Source: an uncultured Bacteroidota bacterium (GTDB lineage: Bacteria; Bacteroidota; Bacteroidia; Chitinophagales; Saprospiraceae). Taken from it: a DNA stretch of 62,430 nucleotides. Under the pieces are notes generated by a model. That model was not told the origin of the DNA, did no database searches, and was given only the letters and a program-made list of their open reading frames with translations. Of this stretch, positions 60,423 through 62,430 are shown piece by piece. Where the stretch lies: the NCBI GenBank assembly GCA_903836265.1, contig CAILQK010000258.1:1-62430 (forward strand), given 5' to 3'. Position numbers and translations under genes: made by a program. Numbering within the stretch: the first letter of the stretch is position 1; each line of letters opens with the position of its first letter.

Positions 60423-60521
60423 TACCTTTGTGCTCCGAAATGAAAAAACGAAACAACGTCTTTCAATTCGGCAAATGCCGGAAACTGGGTTCCTGACGCC
60501 AGTTTCCGGCATTTTTTGTTT
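60423..60521 (+). promoter_or_regulatory. carB promoter element plus candidate attenuator (18-aa uORF 60440-60496; terminator 60473-60521)
   Basis: TACCTTTG at 60423; perfect 16-bp stem aaatgccggaaactgg/ccagtttccggcattt followed by T-rich tail. Confidence 0.6.
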
Positions 60522-60541
60522 CTAAAAGGAAATTCTTGCAC

Positions 60542-62430
60542 GTGCGCGACCAGTCTATCAATACCGTTCTGATTATCGGATCCGGCCCGATTATTATCGG
60601 CCAGGCATGCGAATTTGATTACTCGGGCTCTCAGGCCAGCCGCTCTCTGAGAGAAGAGGGCATCAAAGTAGGCCTGATCAATTCCAATCCGGCCACTATC
60701 ATGACCGATCCTGTCACGGCTGATTATATCTACCTGCGCCCGCTGACACCCGAGAGCATCGAAAAAATTCTGCAGGAGCATCAGGACAATCCGGATTTGC
60801 CGGCTTTCGATGTGGTACTCCCCACCATGGGCGGACAGACTGCACTCAACCTGGCCATTGAATGTGAGAAACTGGGTATCTGGGAACAGTACAACTGCCG
60901 GATGATTGGCGTTGATACAGCCGCAATTGAACGCACCGAAAATCGGGAAGAGTTCAAAAAACTGGTCAACGAGCTCGGACTGAAAGTAGCTCCCTCTTTT
61001 ATTGCCAACTCCTTCCTCGAGGGCAAAGAGGCCGCACAAAAAATCGGTTTCCCGCTTGTGATACGCCCCTCCTACACTCTTGGTGGAACCGGAGGCGGTT
61101 TCGTCATGAAGGAAGAAGAGTTTGATGAAGCCCTGAAGCGTGGACTGAATGCCTCCCCGACGCACGAGGTACTCGTTGAAAAGGCAGTACTGGGCTGGAA
61201 AGAATTCGAGCTGGAACTGCTCCGCGACCAGCACGACAATGTAGTAGTTATATGTACTGTGGAGAACCTCGACCCCATGGGAATACACACCGGCGACTCC
61301 ATCACCGTAGCTCCGGCCATGACACTTTCCGACACTTCCTATCAGGATATGCGCAATCAGGCAATCAAAATCATGCGCGCACTGGGCAATTTTGCGGGAG
61401 GCTGCAATGTGCAGTTCGCACAAAATCCTGAAAATGAGGAGCTTATTGCCATAGAAGTAAACCCGAGGGTATCGCGATCTTCTGCACTGGCATCCAAAGC
61501 AACCGGCTATCCTATTGCCAAGATAGCAGCGAAGCTGGCCATCGGATATACCCTCGACGAACTGAAAAACCAGATTACCAAAACCACATCGGCCCTGTTC
61601 GAGCCCACACTCGACTATGTAATTGTAAAGATGCCGCGCTGGAATTTTGAAAAATTCCACGGTGCCGATACACGTCTTGGTCTGCAGATGAAATCGGTGG
61701 GAGAAGTCATGGCAATTGGCCGCAGCTTTAACGAGGCCATGCAGAAGGCCTGCCAGAGCCAGGAGAACAACCGCGCCGGACTCGGTGCAGACCGGAAGGA
61801 ATGGATGAGCACGGAAGATATTCTCACCCGTCTCGAGCTGGTCAGCGACGACCGGATTTACCGGGTCAGAGATGCCCTCCGCCTGGGAATTGCCTCCAAA
61901 ACGGTCCAAAAGCTCACCCATATTGATCCCTGGTTCATCAATCAGATCAAGGAGCTGGTGAAGCTGGAAGACCGTCTGCTGAAGTTCAACGTGGCCGACG
62001 ACCTGACGCCCGAGTTCCTCATGGAGCTCAAGAAAAATGGCTACTCGGATGCACAGATTGCCTGGGTAATGCGTATCAATGAAGAGGATGTAACCCGCCG
62101 ACGCAAACAGCTGGGTATTCGCAGGGTTTACAAGATGGTGGATACATGCGCTGCAGAATTTGAGTCGAAAACCAATTATTTCTATTCCACGTTCGACAGC
62201 AAAAACGAGAGCCGCCGCTCCGACAAAAAGAAAATAGTGGTGCTTGGCTCGGGCCCCAACCGTATCGGTCAGGGCATCGAATTCGATTACTGCTGCGTAC
62301 ACGGAGTATTGGCCATCAAAGAGGTGGGTTATGAGGCAATTATGGTCAACTGCAATCCGGAAACAGTTTCCACGGATTATGATCTTGCCGACAAACTGTA
62401 TTTCGAGCCGGTTTACTGGGAGCACCTCGA
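60542..62430 (+). CDS. carB: carbamoyl-phosphate synthase large subunit (5' part; runs off the window)
   Basis: From GTG60542: RDQSINTVLIIGSGPIIIGQACEFDYSG, NSNPATIMTD, PTMGGQTALN, RPSYTLGG, LGSGPNRIGQGIEFDY. Absent from the ORF track because no stop lies in the window; start could be TTG60536. Confidence 0.95.
   Translation, partial: MRDQSINTVLIIGSGPIIIGQACEFDYSGSQASRSLREEGIKVGLINSNPATIMTDPVTADYIYLRPLTPESIEKILQEHQDNPDLPAFDVVLPTMGGQTALNLAIECEKLGIWEQYNCRMIGVDTAAIERTENREEFKKLVNELGLKVAPSFIANSFLEGKEAAQKIGFPLVIRPSYTLGGTGGGFVMKEEEFDEALKRGLNASPTHEVLVEKAVLGWKEFELELLRDQHDNVVVICTVENLDPMGIHTGDSITVAPAMTLSDTSYQDMRNQAIKIMRALGNFAGGCNVQFAQNPENEELIAIEVNPRVSRSSALASKATGYPIAKIAAKLAIGYTLDELKNQITKTTSALFEPTLDYVIVKMPRWNFEKFHGADTRLGLQMKSVGEVMAIGRSFNEAMQKACQSQENNRAGLGADRKEWMSTEDILTRLELVSDDRIYRVRDALRLGIASKTVQKLTHIDPWFINQIKELVKLEDRLLKFNVADDLTPEFLMELKKNGYSDAQIAWVMRINEEDVTRRRKQLGIRRVYKMVDTCAAEFESKTNYFYSTFDSKNESRRSDKKKIVVLGSGPNRIGQGIEFDYCCVHGVLAIKEVGYEAIMVNCNPETVSTDYDLADKLYFEPVYWEHL

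Noticed and set aside
60422..62425. 667-aa minus-strand ORF
   Set aside because: Antisense shadow of carB; no recognisable motifs.
1..62430. CRISPR array, tRNA, rRNA, tmRNA, RNase P RNA, SRP RNA, retron, prophage
   Set aside because: No spaced repeats, diagnostic RNA motifs, reverse transcriptase, integrase or phage genes seen by eye.

Overview
Chromosomal window from a Bacteroidota genome; TAnnTTTG promoter motifs, T9SS, SusC/D and PorX support the phylum, and a Saprospiraceae-like origin is my inference. It holds about 44 genes, mostly housekeeping and envelope: SprE/PorW-like TPR lipoprotein, two T9SS cargo proteins, lspA, GH20, fbp, VanY-like peptidase, ABC-F, susC/D/E, M23 peptidase, HD/porX, PIG-L, OstA-like, alpha-2-macroglobulin, lpxD, mutL with two rhomboids, a cold-shock gene, a lactonase and 5' carB. 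I saw no rRNA, tRNA, CRISPR array, transposase or integrase. Most notable observations: (1) a SusD with two SusE-type starch-binding modules inserted inside its fold; (2) a 1013-aa TIR + EAD-like + long helical protein translationally coupled to a HAD phosphatase and an acyltransferase; (3) a leader-peptide attenuator layout upstream of carB; (4) a ~130-nt rod-shaped candidate ncRNA upstream of the M23 gene; (5) an AT-richer two-gene cassette bounded by inverted copies of a 35-bp palindrome; (6) a thioredoxin split by a T6 homopolymer frameshift. All calls come from reading motifs by eye; no searches or folding programs were run.
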